Origin: Planctomycetota bacterium
Lineage (GTDB): Bacteria > Planctomycetota > UBA8108 > SXIK01
NCBI GenBank assembly: GCA_965223845.1
Contig: CBDCXR010000004.1
Location: forward strand, 5,568,001 to 5,632,000
DNA: 64,000 nt
Reading direction: 5' to 3'
Shown here: positions 27,701-36,318 of the stretch, piece after piece
Layout: every line of letters starts with the position of its first letter
How positions within the stretch are numbered: the first letter of the stretch is position 1
Program-made: the position numbers and the translations under genes
The notes under the pieces: generated by a model
Databases searched by the model: none
What the model was told of the DNA's origin: nothing
Seen by the model: only the letters and a program-made list of their open reading frames with translations

Positions 27701-30464
27701 TCAAGTTCACCGTCCACTCCTGCGGGCTCGGCATTCCGGCGCGGCGGAAGAGATCCGCGGCGAGGATCTCGTGCTCGATCTCCTGCGAGTTGAGATTGAG
27801 GCGCTGAATTCCCTCGAAGCGTCGATCGGCGGGGAACTGCACGCGAAAGGACTTCCGCGTCGCACCGCGCGCCGCCGAGCCGCGATAGCGGATTCCGGCG
27901 AGGTGACGGATCGTCCCGTCGCCTTCATCGTCGATCGCGATGAAGGTTCCGTAGAGGAGGACGTCGCTGTCTTCGTCGCGTGAACTGAGCTCGTCCCAGT
28001 CGTTGTCCTTCAGGATGAGATAGTAGTTCACCGAACCGTTGAGCGGCGGAACACTGTCGATGACCTGATAGAGGTAGTCGGGACCGTCGAAACCCGCGTA
28101 CGGTGCGACCTCGGGCGCGCGTGGGACGAGCGTCGTCTGTCCGTCCGCCGTCTCGACCTCGATCCGGTACGCGACGATCTGGCCGGCGCTTCGGGCGGGA
28201 AGAGTCCCGGCGTACCGGCCATCGCCCGCGACGGCGTCGCCTCCCGTTCCGTCGTCCGCGAGGGGCGCAATGCCCGAGCCTCCACCGCCGTCAACTCGCC
28301 ACAGGCAGCGCACCGCGACGATGGGACTCACGGACGACACACCGCATTCGACGACGACCCCCTCTCCGCTCCGCGGAATCGCCGGCGAATGAGTCGCTTC
28401 GCGCACGACCGCCGATGGCGTAGCGTCGTAGGCGTCGTTCGCCGCGGCCGGCGATCCGCCCTCGGGTCCGTCGGTCCACGCCGCGCCCGCCCGGTTGTCG
28501 AGCCCGGGATGGACGAGCTCGATCGTTCGGCCCGTCCCGTCCGCATCGAGCGGCCACTCGCTTCCGACGAAGGTTCGATCATCGACCTCGTCGGCGGGCT
28601 CCTCGTCGTTGACGGGACCGCCGTCGCCGTACTTCACGCGATCGGCGAGATTGCCGAGCGAATCCCGAAGATTGATCGTGTCCGAAGAATGCGAGAACGC
28701 GCCGCTCCAATCGCCGACCACCTTGGCGGCGTCGACGCCCGGATGGTTTGCGAGAAACCGATCGCGCGACGACGCGACCACGAGATAGTCCTCCGCGGCA
28801 ATTGTCTGCCCCGCCGGGAAAGCGAAGTCGATCCCTTTCGTGATCTCCCAATCGGTCAGGTCGACTGCGTCCGCCGTGCGGTTGTAGAGCTCGATCCACT
28901 GGTCGGGATCGGAGCAATTCCGGGCGCACGTCTCGTCGATCGGAACGGGAAGTGGGTGATAGTGGATCTCATTGATCACGACGGAGGTCGTAGGCGCGAA
29001 CGTGTTCGCCGCTCCCGAGCTGGGCGTGACGAGGACGAAGGCGTCGTTGTCGCCGTCCGGAACCCGCCCGTAGCTGTAGCCGTTCTCCCCCGGATCTCCC
29101 GGACGCGGATCGAGCCCGTCGACGTAGGTGCGACCATCGGGTGCGACGAGTGCGTAGGTTGCGCCACTCAGAAGTACGTCGAAGCCGAGCTGGCCGTCCG
29201 AGATCGATGCAAACCCACCCGAGGGAATCAGTTCTGCGTCGAGCGTCGACGACTGCCCGAGCGAGTCGACGATGCGATAGCCGGATAGGTTGACCGAGTC
29301 GCGCGTCGGGTTGTAGAGCTCGACGAAGCCGGCCGAGCCCGGCTCGGTCGCCTTGACCTCGTTGATGACGACGGACCCGCGGCTCGAACCGCCGCCGGCG
29401 TCGCCTCCGATTCGCGCGCGCAGGACGGGAATGAAGCTGCAGTCCGAACTATCGATATCCGCGTTGTGCACCTGCACCGCGAGAACGTTCGTTCCGGCCC
29501 GGAGGAGCTCCTTCGGCACGGGAAAGAGCTCGGCGTCGTCCGCTTCGTGTGTGCCCTCGGTAGTATCATTGTGCGCGACCGGGCTCCCGGCGTCTCCGAG
29601 CTCGGCGCGCGCGAATTCCGTTCCGTTCAGGTACGCCACGAAGCCGTCGTCGTACTGAATCTCGAGCGTGATCTGGCGGATCTCGCCGAGATCCGCCTCG
29701 CGCACTTCGAACGTCCGGCGTGCTGCGAAGGACACGTAGCCGCCCTGCATGTCGAGGAGCTCCGTACGATCGTCACCGTCGTCGTAGCCGATCCCCGCTT
29801 GCCCGGTCGCCCACGCGCCGTCGTCGAACTCGAGCTCGTTCCACCCTTCGGGGTACGGGTTCGTCCCTTTCTCGTAGCTCCACATCGCGCCGTCGGCGAT
29901 GAGGACCTCCTGATCCGCCGCGGCCACTGCGAGCCGCGGTCGATTCTCCGCCCCGGGAGTGCCGTCGACGAGCCGACTCGGCTGCCAGCTCCGCGAGAGA
30001 TCCGGAGACGCGTGCGGGTGGGTGAGCTCGAGGCTCGGGCCGAGTCCATCGGGTGACGACGGCCACGGCCCGCCGTCGCCGTAGTGCACCTGCGAGATGA
30101 CGGCGCCGAGACGCGTTCGGAGCCGAACGATCTCTCCCGCGTTGCTGAGCTGTCCGGCGAAGTCCCCGACGACCGCGTCGACTCCGTAGCGCGAACGAGT
30201 GTGCTCGGCATTCGGGCTGACGAGAAGGTAGGTCTTCGGCTCGATGACCGTCCCGTTCGGGATGATCAAATCGATGCCATCGTCGAAGATCCATCCGGAA
30301 AGATCGACCGCGGTCCCGCCGCGGTTGTAGAGCTCGACGAATTGATCATCGTTGAGACCACTGAGGGGATTGTAGTGGATCTCGTTGATGACGACGTCGA
30401 AGTCGCTCCCGAACGCGGGAACGCTGACGAGTGCCGCAAGGAGCGGGAACAATCGAGGATGCAT
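24789..30464 (-). CDS. Giant secreted protein (~1890 aa): three lamin-tail domains, duplicated beta-sandwich, CotH kinase, beta-helix and C-terminal dockerin-like domain
   Basis: VVINE-led domains three times; CotH motifs GIRYRG..RKSFRV and LIPWD; beta-helix with DAIDFD/DGIDL; FRRGDADEDG. Start reassigned to MHPRLFPLL. Confidence 0.85.
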   Translation of the reverse strand: MHPRLFPLLAALVSVPAFGSDFDVVINEIHYNPLSGLNDDQFVELYNRGGTAVDLSGWIFDDGIDLIIPNGTVIEPKTYLLVSPNAEHTRSRYGVDAVVGDFAGQLSNAGEIVRLRTRLGAVISQVHYGDGGPWPSSPDGLGPSLELTHPHASPDLSRSWQPSRLVDGTPGAENRPRLAVAAADQEVLIADGAMWSYEKGTNPYPEGWNELEFDDGAWATGQAGIGYDDGDDRTELLDMQGGYVSFAARRTFEVREADLGEIRQITLEIQYDDGFVAYLNGTEFARAELGDAGSPVAHNDTTEGTHEADDAELFPVPKELLRAGTNVLAVQVHNADIDSSDCSFIPVLRARIGGDAGGGSSRGSVVINEVKATEPGSAGFVELYNPTRDSVNLSGYRIVDSLGQSSTLDAELIPSGGFASISDGQLGFDVLLSGATYALVAPDGRTYVDGLDPRPGDPGENGYSYGRVPDGDNDAFVLVTPSSGAANTFAPTTSVVINEIHYHPLPVPIDETCARNCSDPDQWIELYNRTADAVDLTDWEITKGIDFAFPAGQTIAAEDYLVVASSRDRFLANHPGVDAAKVVGDWSGAFSHSSDTINLRDSLGNLADRVKYGDGGPVNDEEPADEVDDRTFVGSEWPLDADGTGRTIELVHPGLDNRAGAAWTDGPEGGSPAAANDAYDATPSAVVREATHSPAIPRSGEGVVVECGVSSVSPIVAVRCLWRVDGGGGSGIAPLADDGTGGDAVAGDGRYAGTLPARSAGQIVAYRIEVETADGQTTLVPRAPEVAPYAGFDGPDYLYQVIDSVPPLNGSVNYYLILKDNDWDELSSRDEDSDVLLYGTFIAIDDEGDGTIRHLAGIRYRGSAARGATRKSFRVQFPADRRFEGIQRLNLNSQEIEHEILAADLFRRAGMPSPQEWTVNLTVRGDLDERYIRKERLDQDFLDRYYGPGARSNGNLYRALDPSEPDTPFEADLRYLGPDPESYRLYYRKSSNREEDDYSDVVELTRAFDPDETSDEEFADRLEQLIDVDQWARFFALQACLSNADGSIQNRSGEDYSLYHVPPGSTRPDAGRWVLIPWDIEETYENRTEPLFRSQLQTVRRFLTHPRFARLYYCNLLDLRFGVFSRLETRQRFRLIEPLFGFGTIDGIDQFITARIGFFDENIPQRLGGGTGSAMGDAIIDWGETWMYVRGDAEPSGGTLAWTTVDFDDAGWEAGRSGFGYGDGDDATELLDMRGGYSTVYIRRAFDVADPVLFGNLELAINYDDAFVAFLNGVEVARNNVGAPGDPIAHGDTADGSHEADGVEFFDLSPFANVVEEGTNVLAIVGLNGTLDSTDFSLSPMLRFGAESSQGVGCGEKIYTTQPTVLLTGTADACGATGVQIDGIDVDWDAMAARWSALVSVDVGDNRFEVTSIDTRGDPVESIDVDVRRITGGFTLVSGTLAGDVTWTADGGPYRLTADVTVPAGGSLSIESGTEIFGDPGVSILVDGRIFAEGTAAAPVVFRAGTCDGRWGGIGIEGTGTSPASFTHVFRYCEFDFGDEPAGFAGHIAPTNAKILVEDCRFTRLTTNAIDGVDSRLEVLDSEFKHIQEGVHGTDSTVIILGCRFEEMAGDKDAIDFDGNGTERSRIEGCTFIDGSDDGIDLGRTSVDIRDNVFVNIQDKALSLEGNGPLGAPSVSGNLIYNCGTAMALKNGVTVENSHHNTLVGNQEGINLFSKDGAPDGGHGIFHSTISWNNGIDVKLDDLSTVEFSYSNISDALWPGLGNISLDPLFRDVLAGDYSLRPGSPCIATGLDQSDMGAISFEETPTTPFRRGDADEDGTLTIADAIRTLDWLFASGSGPACRDRMDSNDDGVLNISDPLYSLFFLFGDGDAPPPPYPGPGLDPTGDGLVCP

Positions 30465-30713
30465 CGGGATCGTGGGTCTCGAGTCCAACCACCCCGAATC
30501 GTTCACCCGGAGACGCGAGCGATCGGTCTCCTACGACGTTCACGATCGAGTCATCACTGCCTGGTGACCGCTCGACCGTTCTCGCGCCCGTGGACGCGAT
30601 TCTACCCCAATGGTCGGAGCGCCACACCACCCCCGCCGTGCCGCGTCCGGCCGTTCGGTGGCCGACCGGCCCGTACGAGCGTTGTTCGCCCAGCCGGGCG
30701 GAGACGGAGCCGC

Positions 30714-31271
30714 TCAGCGGCGAAAGACGGCCCGCGTCGTCTGCGGGAGGTGGCACTGCCGGCAGTTCGCGCGCTCGGGGTGCGAGCAGCGGATTTCGTC
30801 GCGAGCACCCGGGCCCGTGTGACACGCGAAGCAGTTCTCCCGCCCGAGCGCGGCGTGGGGCATGACGGGCGGGGCGAGCGCGTGGTGGCGCGCGCCGGAG
30901 CGGAGATCTTGGGCGAGTCCGGCGAACGTCGACGCTGCGAAGCGTTCGGTCGTCGCGCGCGGTACATGGCACTGCCGACAGTTCGCCCACTTCCCGCCGA
31001 CCAGACCCTCCTCATGCGGCTGCGGCGGGGCGAAGCCGACGCCGGAGATCGCGAGCCCTTCGCCGGCGTGGCACGATACGCAGCTAGCGCCGTAGGGTGG
31101 GTGGGGAATGACGGGAGGCGCCCCATCGTACGCGCGCCGAGACGCTCGCACGTTCGCCGCGGTCTTCTCCGAACCGGCGGGTCCGCCACCCGAAGGCGGT
31201 GCTTCGGATTCGCAGCCGGCGGCGGACACGGCGATGGCGAAGAGAATCGATCGCGCAGAAACGCGTCTCAC
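30714..31271 (-). CDS. napB: NapB-like cytochrome c subunit, tetraheme, putative lipoprotein
   Basis: RAYDGAPPVIPH NapB motif plus a second APPVMPH copy; four CxxCH; lipobox SAAGC; GTGA overlap with the napA stop. Confidence 0.8.
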   Translation of the reverse strand: MRRVSARSILFAIAVSAAGCESEAPPSGGGPAGSEKTAANVRASRRAYDGAPPVIPHPPYGASCVSCHAGEGLAISGVGFAPPQPHEEGLVGGKWANCRQCHVPRATTERFAASTFAGLAQDLRSGARHHALAPPVMPHAALGRENCFACHTGPGARDEIRCSHPERANCRQCHLPQTTRAVFRR

Positions 31272-33640
31272 GATGTCCCCGCGCGCTCGACGCGCACCGC
31301 GCACTTCTTGAAGTCCGGCTCCTTCGAGATGTTGTCCATCGCGTCGAGCGTGAGGAGATTGGCGAGTCGCTTCTCGTCGAAGAAGGGGACGAAGACGCTG
31401 CCGCGCTCCGGGCGGCCGCGACCGTCGATCTCGACGGTTAGCTCGAGCTCACCGCGGCGGCTGACGACACGCACGCGATCTCCCTTCGCGACGCCGAGCT
31501 CGATGGCGTCGGCTCGATTGAGCTCGACGTACGCCTCGGGAACCGATTGGTGCAGCTCGCGCACTCGCCGCGTCATCGAACCCGTGTGCCAGTGCTCGAG
31601 AACGCGCCCCGTGGAAAGCCAAAGCGGAAATTCATCGTCGGGCGCCTCCGCCGGTGGATGGTACGGCCGCAGCCAGACCGCAGCGCGTTCGCCGAAGCCC
31701 TTCGCCTTGTAGAAGTGGACGCCCTTCTCCTTTTTGACGTAGGGATCGTGCCCGGCGGCGTAGCGGTAGCGCGTTTCCTTACCGTCGACGACCGGCCAGC
31801 GCAGGCCGCGCGTCGCTCGCAGCTCGTCGTAGCTCGCGAGATCCTTTCCGCGGCCGAGCGTGAACTTCCGGTACTCTTCGTAGAGCTCGCGGTGCCAACT
31901 CTCGGCCGCCCACGGGAAGAGCTTCCCGTAGCCCATGCGTTTGGCGACCTCTACGATCTGCCACGCGTCTTCCTTCGCCTCGCCGGGCGGATCGATGAGG
32001 CGCTCCCAATGCTGCGTGCGGCGTTCGGTGTTTCCGAACATGCCCTCGCGCTCGACCCACGCGGCCGACGGCAGGATCAAATCCGCGACGTCCGTCGTCG
32101 GAGTCGGATAGATCTCGCTCACGACGATGAACCGACCGTCGCCTGGGCGACGCGCAAACCGGCGCAAGTTGGGCAACGAGACCCACGGGTTCGTCGTCTG
32201 GATCCACATCGCGCGCACGTCTCCGCGCTCGAGCGCGCGGAACATGTCGATCGTGTGGTAGCCGGGCTTCGCCGGAATCGAGTTCGCGGGGAGACCCCAG
32301 AGCTTTTCGGTGAACTCGCGGTGCTCGGGCTTCGTCACGAGCATGTCGGCCGGCAGTCGATTCGAGAGCGTACCGACCTCACGCGCGGTACCGCAGGCCG
32401 AGGGCTGCCCGGTCAAGCTGAGCGGGTTGCTTCCCGGACGGCTGATCTTTCCGGTGACGAGGTGAAGATCGTTGATGAGGTTGTTCATCCACGTGCCGCG
32501 GACGTGCTGGTTGACGCCCATGCACCAGAGACTCACCGTTCCGCGATTCGAGTCGCCGTAGAGATCGGCGAGAAGCCGAAGCTGCGCCGCGGGGACGCCG
32601 CTCGTCTTCTCGACGGACGCGGGATCGTAGTCCTTCAAGAACGCCCGCATCTCTTCGAGCGAGGAGGGTTTCGCTGCGTCCTTGAACGTGTAGCGCTTCG
32701 CCGAGTCGCCATGACAGCCGTAGCCGATCGCCTCGAGGTCCTCGACGCCGCGTCGAAAAACGACGTTCTCTTCGATGAACGCCGTGTCGATACGGTTCGA
32801 TTCGAAGAGCAGGTGAAGGATGCCGTTCGCGATCGCGAGGTCCGTGCCCGGCCGAAATCGAACGCGGACGTCGGCGTACTGGCTCGTCGGAGTTTCGCGC
32901 GTCGCGAGATCGACGACTCGGACGGACGGACGGCGGCGCTTCGATTCGAGGATGCGACCGAACAGCACGGGGTGCGTCTCGGCCATGTTGTTACCCCAGA
33001 GGACGAAATCGTCGCCCGACTCGAAATCGTCGTAGCAGCCCATCGGCTCGTCGCTCTGGAACTGCGTCATGAATCCCATGACGGCCGAAGCCATGCAGAG
33101 GCGCGCATTCGGATCGAGGTTGTTCGAGCGCATGCCGCCCTTCACCCACTTGAGCGCGGCGTAGCCATCGTAGATCGTCCACTGACCCGACCCGTACATC
33201 GCGACGGCCTCGGGTCCGGACTCGGCGAGAGTCGACGAAAACTTCTCGGCGACGAGATCGAGCGCCGCGTCCCACGAGATGCGCTCGAGAGTCCCGTCCG
33301 CGCGACGGCGCTGCGGGTGCGTGAGGCGGTCTTCGCCGTAGAGGAATCCCGGCAGGTGGTACCCCTTAACGCAGAGGAGTCCGCGGTTGACGGGGCTCGC
33401 TTCGTCGCCGCGCACCGCGACGACGCGCCCCTTGTCGACGCCGACTTCGACGCCGCACCCCGTGCCGCAGAATCGGCAGGGCGCCTTTCCCCAAGTGAGG
33501 TCCGCATGCCTCGTACCCGCAACCGGTCCCGCCGCGATGCGCGCCGCCTCGTCGCGCTCCTTGCACGAGAAGGCGACGACTCCACCAGCGGCTCCGCCGA
33601 GCCAAGTGATGAAATCGCGTCGGTCCATCGGATTCTTCAT
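31268..33640 (-). CDS. napA: Periplasmic nitrate reductase catalytic subunit
   Basis: Tat signal DRRDF; KAPCRFCGTGC...C 4Fe-4S motif; DPNARLCMASA Mo-ligand Cys; SLTGQPSACGTAREVG; TGRVLEHWHTGSMTRR; PDFKKCAV. Confidence 0.96.
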   Translation of the reverse strand: MKNPMDRRDFITWLGGAAGGVVAFSCKERDEAARIAAGPVAGTRHADLTWGKAPCRFCGTGCGVEVGVDKGRVVAVRGDEASPVNRGLLCVKGYHLPGFLYGEDRLTHPQRRRADGTLERISWDAALDLVAEKFSSTLAESGPEAVAMYGSGQWTIYDGYAALKWVKGGMRSNNLDPNARLCMASAVMGFMTQFQSDEPMGCYDDFESGDDFVLWGNNMAETHPVLFGRILESKRRRPSVRVVDLATRETPTSQYADVRVRFRPGTDLAIANGILHLLFESNRIDTAFIEENVVFRRGVEDLEAIGYGCHGDSAKRYTFKDAAKPSSLEEMRAFLKDYDPASVEKTSGVPAAQLRLLADLYGDSNRGTVSLWCMGVNQHVRGTWMNNLINDLHLVTGKISRPGSNPLSLTGQPSACGTAREVGTLSNRLPADMLVTKPEHREFTEKLWGLPANSIPAKPGYHTIDMFRALERGDVRAMWIQTTNPWVSLPNLRRFARRPGDGRFIVVSEIYPTPTTDVADLILPSAAWVEREGMFGNTERRTQHWERLIDPPGEAKEDAWQIVEVAKRMGYGKLFPWAAESWHRELYEEYRKFTLGRGKDLASYDELRATRGLRWPVVDGKETRYRYAAGHDPYVKKEKGVHFYKAKGFGERAAVWLRPYHPPAEAPDDEFPLWLSTGRVLEHWHTGSMTRRVRELHQSVPEAYVELNRADAIELGVAKGDRVRVVSRRGELELTVEIDGRGRPERGSVFVPFFDEKRLANLLTLDAMDNISKEPDFKKCAVRVERAGTS

Positions 33641-35211
33641 TTGCCGATCCACTCGTGCTCGGGACGCGCCATGATATCGTCGATGACTTTGGCCACGGCG
33701 TCGGCGGCGGCTGCCTTCCCTTCCTCTCGCGCGTGGGCGACGATCTCACGCGCCTGAGGGATGAGCTCCATGTAGAATCGCTCGGCCACTTCGTACATGC
33801 CGTGCCAGTGTGCGTAGTCGGGCGCCATCATGCTCGCACCGTGACGAGCTCGTCGACCTTCGTGGTGCCAGAGATAGAACCAAGTCCACTCGATCTCCTC
33901 GTCGAAAGACGTCGAAGTTCGGAGCCCTTGCTCGAGTAGCGCGGCCATGATCTTCTGGCCGGGCTTGGCGAACTTTTCGTTGTAGAGCACGACGAAGTCA
34001 TCGTACTGGCGGTAGAAGCCGTTGACGTAGTCCGGCGTGTGGCAGTGAAGGCATACGTTCTTCATCTCTTGGCGTTTCGCCTGCCACGTGCTCTTGATCA
34101 ACGCGCGCCGTTTCTCCGGATCGGTCTCCTTGACGACGGCGTGATTCGCGTCCGTGTCCATGACGAGACTTACCGGCGGGCGATTCGTCCAGGAGATACG
34201 CTCGCCCGGGTCGTGCGTGATGCGGCCCTTGTTCTTCGAGTGGCCGGACATGTGACAAGTCGCACAGGTCGGCGCCTGTGAATAGTCCTTTCCGAGCACC
34301 CATTCCTTCGAGTCGAGGTTCAGCTCGTCCTTGAGATCGCGGTAGGCGACGCCGTGCTTCGACTCTTCGTAGATCTCCTTCTGCGGGTGGTCCGGACCGA
34401 GGTGACACTTGCCGCAGTTCTCCGGTTGGCGGGCGCGACGGGGCGAGAAGTCGTGTCGCGAGTGGCACGCGGAGCAAGAACCGCGCGAGCCGTCGAGATT
34501 GAGTCGCCCGATTCCGGTATTCGGCCACGTCCCCGGGTCGTAGAGGGGTCGGCCGTTGTCGTCCTTGCGGATTTTCGCGACGGCGTCGAGGTTCGTCGGC
34601 TTCCCGTCGGCGTCCGGCTTCAGCTCGACGACCGAGATGCGTCCGCCGTCCGTCGACTGAAGCGCGACGGCGCTCCCGTGGCATTGCTGGCAGCCGACGA
34701 ACGCGCTCGCCATGCCGTTGACCGGAGCCGAGCCGCGTCCGGGGGTCGGTGAATGCGGGTTGAACGGCTGGCGCGAGCCTTCGACGGTCTCGGCGAGAAA
34801 GTTATCGAGCGAATGAAGGATGTTCCCACCCTTGGCGTGGTGACTGCGGGCGAACTCATCGGCGACGTTCGGATGGCAACGTCCGCAATCCCGCGGCGTG
34901 ACGATCGTCGCGATTTGGTGTCCGTGGTGATTGAAGCCATCGACGTCGTCGGGTTCAGCCCGATGGCATTCCACGCAGCCGACGCCCTTCTCGGCGTGGG
35001 TACTCCCCTGCCAGTGCTGGACGATGCCCGGTGACGAATCTCCGTGGCAGCTGACGCAATCTTCCGAAGATTTCGGAATCGGATACGCGTGCGTTTCGAG
35101 TCCGGACTCGCGGCGCTTACGGAGGATCTCCATCGCTTGCACGAACACGAGGGAGAGAAGAAACGCGGCCCCGAGGCCCGCGATGATTCGTTTCTTGGTT
35201 TCTAGATTCAT
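33637..35211 (-). CDS. Octaheme HAO-family multiheme cytochrome c with an N-terminal membrane anchor or signal
   Basis: Eight CxxCH motifs (CVSCH, CVECH, CGRCH, CQQCH, CSACH, CGKCH, CATCH, CLHCH); HLGPDHPQKEIYEESKHG; APDYAHWHG. Confidence 0.92.
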   Translation of the reverse strand: MNLETKKRIIAGLGAAFLLSLVFVQAMEILRKRRESGLETHAYPIPKSSEDCVSCHGDSSPGIVQHWQGSTHAEKGVGCVECHRAEPDDVDGFNHHGHQIATIVTPRDCGRCHPNVADEFARSHHAKGGNILHSLDNFLAETVEGSRQPFNPHSPTPGRGSAPVNGMASAFVGCQQCHGSAVALQSTDGGRISVVELKPDADGKPTNLDAVAKIRKDDNGRPLYDPGTWPNTGIGRLNLDGSRGSCSACHSRHDFSPRRARQPENCGKCHLGPDHPQKEIYEESKHGVAYRDLKDELNLDSKEWVLGKDYSQAPTCATCHMSGHSKNKGRITHDPGERISWTNRPPVSLVMDTDANHAVVKETDPEKRRALIKSTWQAKRQEMKNVCLHCHTPDYVNGFYRQYDDFVVLYNEKFAKPGQKIMAALLEQGLRTSTSFDEEIEWTWFYLWHHEGRRARHGASMMAPDYAHWHGMYEVAERFYMELIPQAREIVAHAREEGKAAAADAVAKVIDDIMARPEHEWIGK

Positions 35212-35266
35212 GATTCGGTCCGCGCGAATTCCGCCCGAGTCCTGATCGCGGAGTCGACAGGACCCA

Positions 35267-36316
35267 TCAGTGCTCCACCGCCGCTTCCCAGACGGTGAAT
35301 CCGATGATCAACGACGCAGCGACGATGCCGATCCAAACGCTGAGCTCGACCCGGGGAAACAGCTTCCGCAGCGCCTGATCGATGAACGGCCAAAGGAACA
35401 TGACGAACACGATGAACCCGGTGCTAAGTACCGCGAAGGTCCCCGAGAAGAGTTTCAGCCACCGGAAGACGACGTAGAAGAACCACTCGGGCTTGATGAC
35501 CTCCGGAGTGGTCTGAGGATCTGCGCGAGCGCCGAGCTCCGCCGGCAGGCAGATCGCGAGCGTCGTGAGCACGATCATGATCACGAGGCCGATGATCAAT
35601 TCCGTGAAGAAGTGATCGGGAAAAAAACTAAACGTTCCGGATCCGTCCTTCGGATCCCTCTTGAATCGAAATTCCGTGACGCCTTGGAGCCGGATCAGCG
35701 TGATGTGAACGAAGAGGAGGAGCACCATCGCCATCGGGAGCACGGCCGCGTGAAGAATGAAGAACCGCGAGAGCGTGTGCTCACCGTAGACTTCACCGCC
35801 GAGGAGCATCCGCTTGAGGAATCCCCCGATCAGCGGGACGGTCTCGGCGATGTTGGCGCCGACCGTCGCACCCCAATAGCTGAGCTGCTCGTAGACGAGA
35901 CTGTAGCCCGTGAATCCCACGGTGATGGTGAGGAGGAGAAGACACATCCCCACCATCCAATTGAGCTCGCGCGGCTTTCGGTAGGCGCCGGTGAAATAGA
36001 CGCGCATCTGGTGGAGGATCACGGTCGCGACCATGAGGGTCGCGGCCCACTTGTGGAGGCTTCGGAAATACCAGCCGTACGTGGCTTCTTCCGTGATGTA
36101 GCGAACTGATTCGTAGGCGCGGGCGGCACTCGGCTCGTAGTAGAACGCGAGCAGGATGCCGGTCACGATCTGAACGACGAAGAGATACGCGGGCGTTCCT
36201 CCGAGACAGAACCACCAGTGCTTGAGGTGATTCGGAACCGGCTCGTTCGTGAGCTCCCGGAGGCGATTGCCCGAGACCGGAACGCGATCGTAGAACCAGT
36301 TCGCCACTCGCGACAT
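35267..36316 (-). CDS. Cytochrome b subunit of a Rieske/cytochrome b complex (b6-like N-domain fused to subunit IV-like C-domain)
   Basis: WFCLGG; four heme-b His (SLHKW, ILHQM, ILHAA, FVHIT); GFTGYSL; IKPEWFF Qo motif. Start reassigned to MSRVANWF. Confidence 0.93.
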   Translation of the reverse strand: MSRVANWFYDRVPVSGNRLRELTNEPVPNHLKHWWFCLGGTPAYLFVVQIVTGILLAFYYEPSAARAYESVRYITEEATYGWYFRSLHKWAATLMVATVILHQMRVYFTGAYRKPRELNWMVGMCLLLLTITVGFTGYSLVYEQLSYWGATVGANIAETVPLIGGFLKRMLLGGEVYGEHTLSRFFILHAAVLPMAMVLLLFVHITLIRLQGVTEFRFKRDPKDGSGTFSFFPDHFFTELIIGLVIMIVLTTLAICLPAELGARADPQTTPEVIKPEWFFYVVFRWLKLFSGTFAVLSTGFIVFVMFLWPFIDQALRKLFPRVELSVWIGIVAASLIIGFTVWEAAVEH

Positions 36317-36318
36317 CG

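Noticed and set aside
30084-33757. Long plus-strand ORFs (542 aa, 736 aa) and similar long antisense ORFs throughout the window
   Set aside because: Antisense shadows of well-supported genes, expected at high GC; no recognisable motifs.
33637-35211. Evidence for anammox or aerobic ammonia oxidation
   Set aside because: No hzs, amo or cycAB genes in the window; the protein appears to lack the oxidative Tyr cross-link and is coupled to napA.
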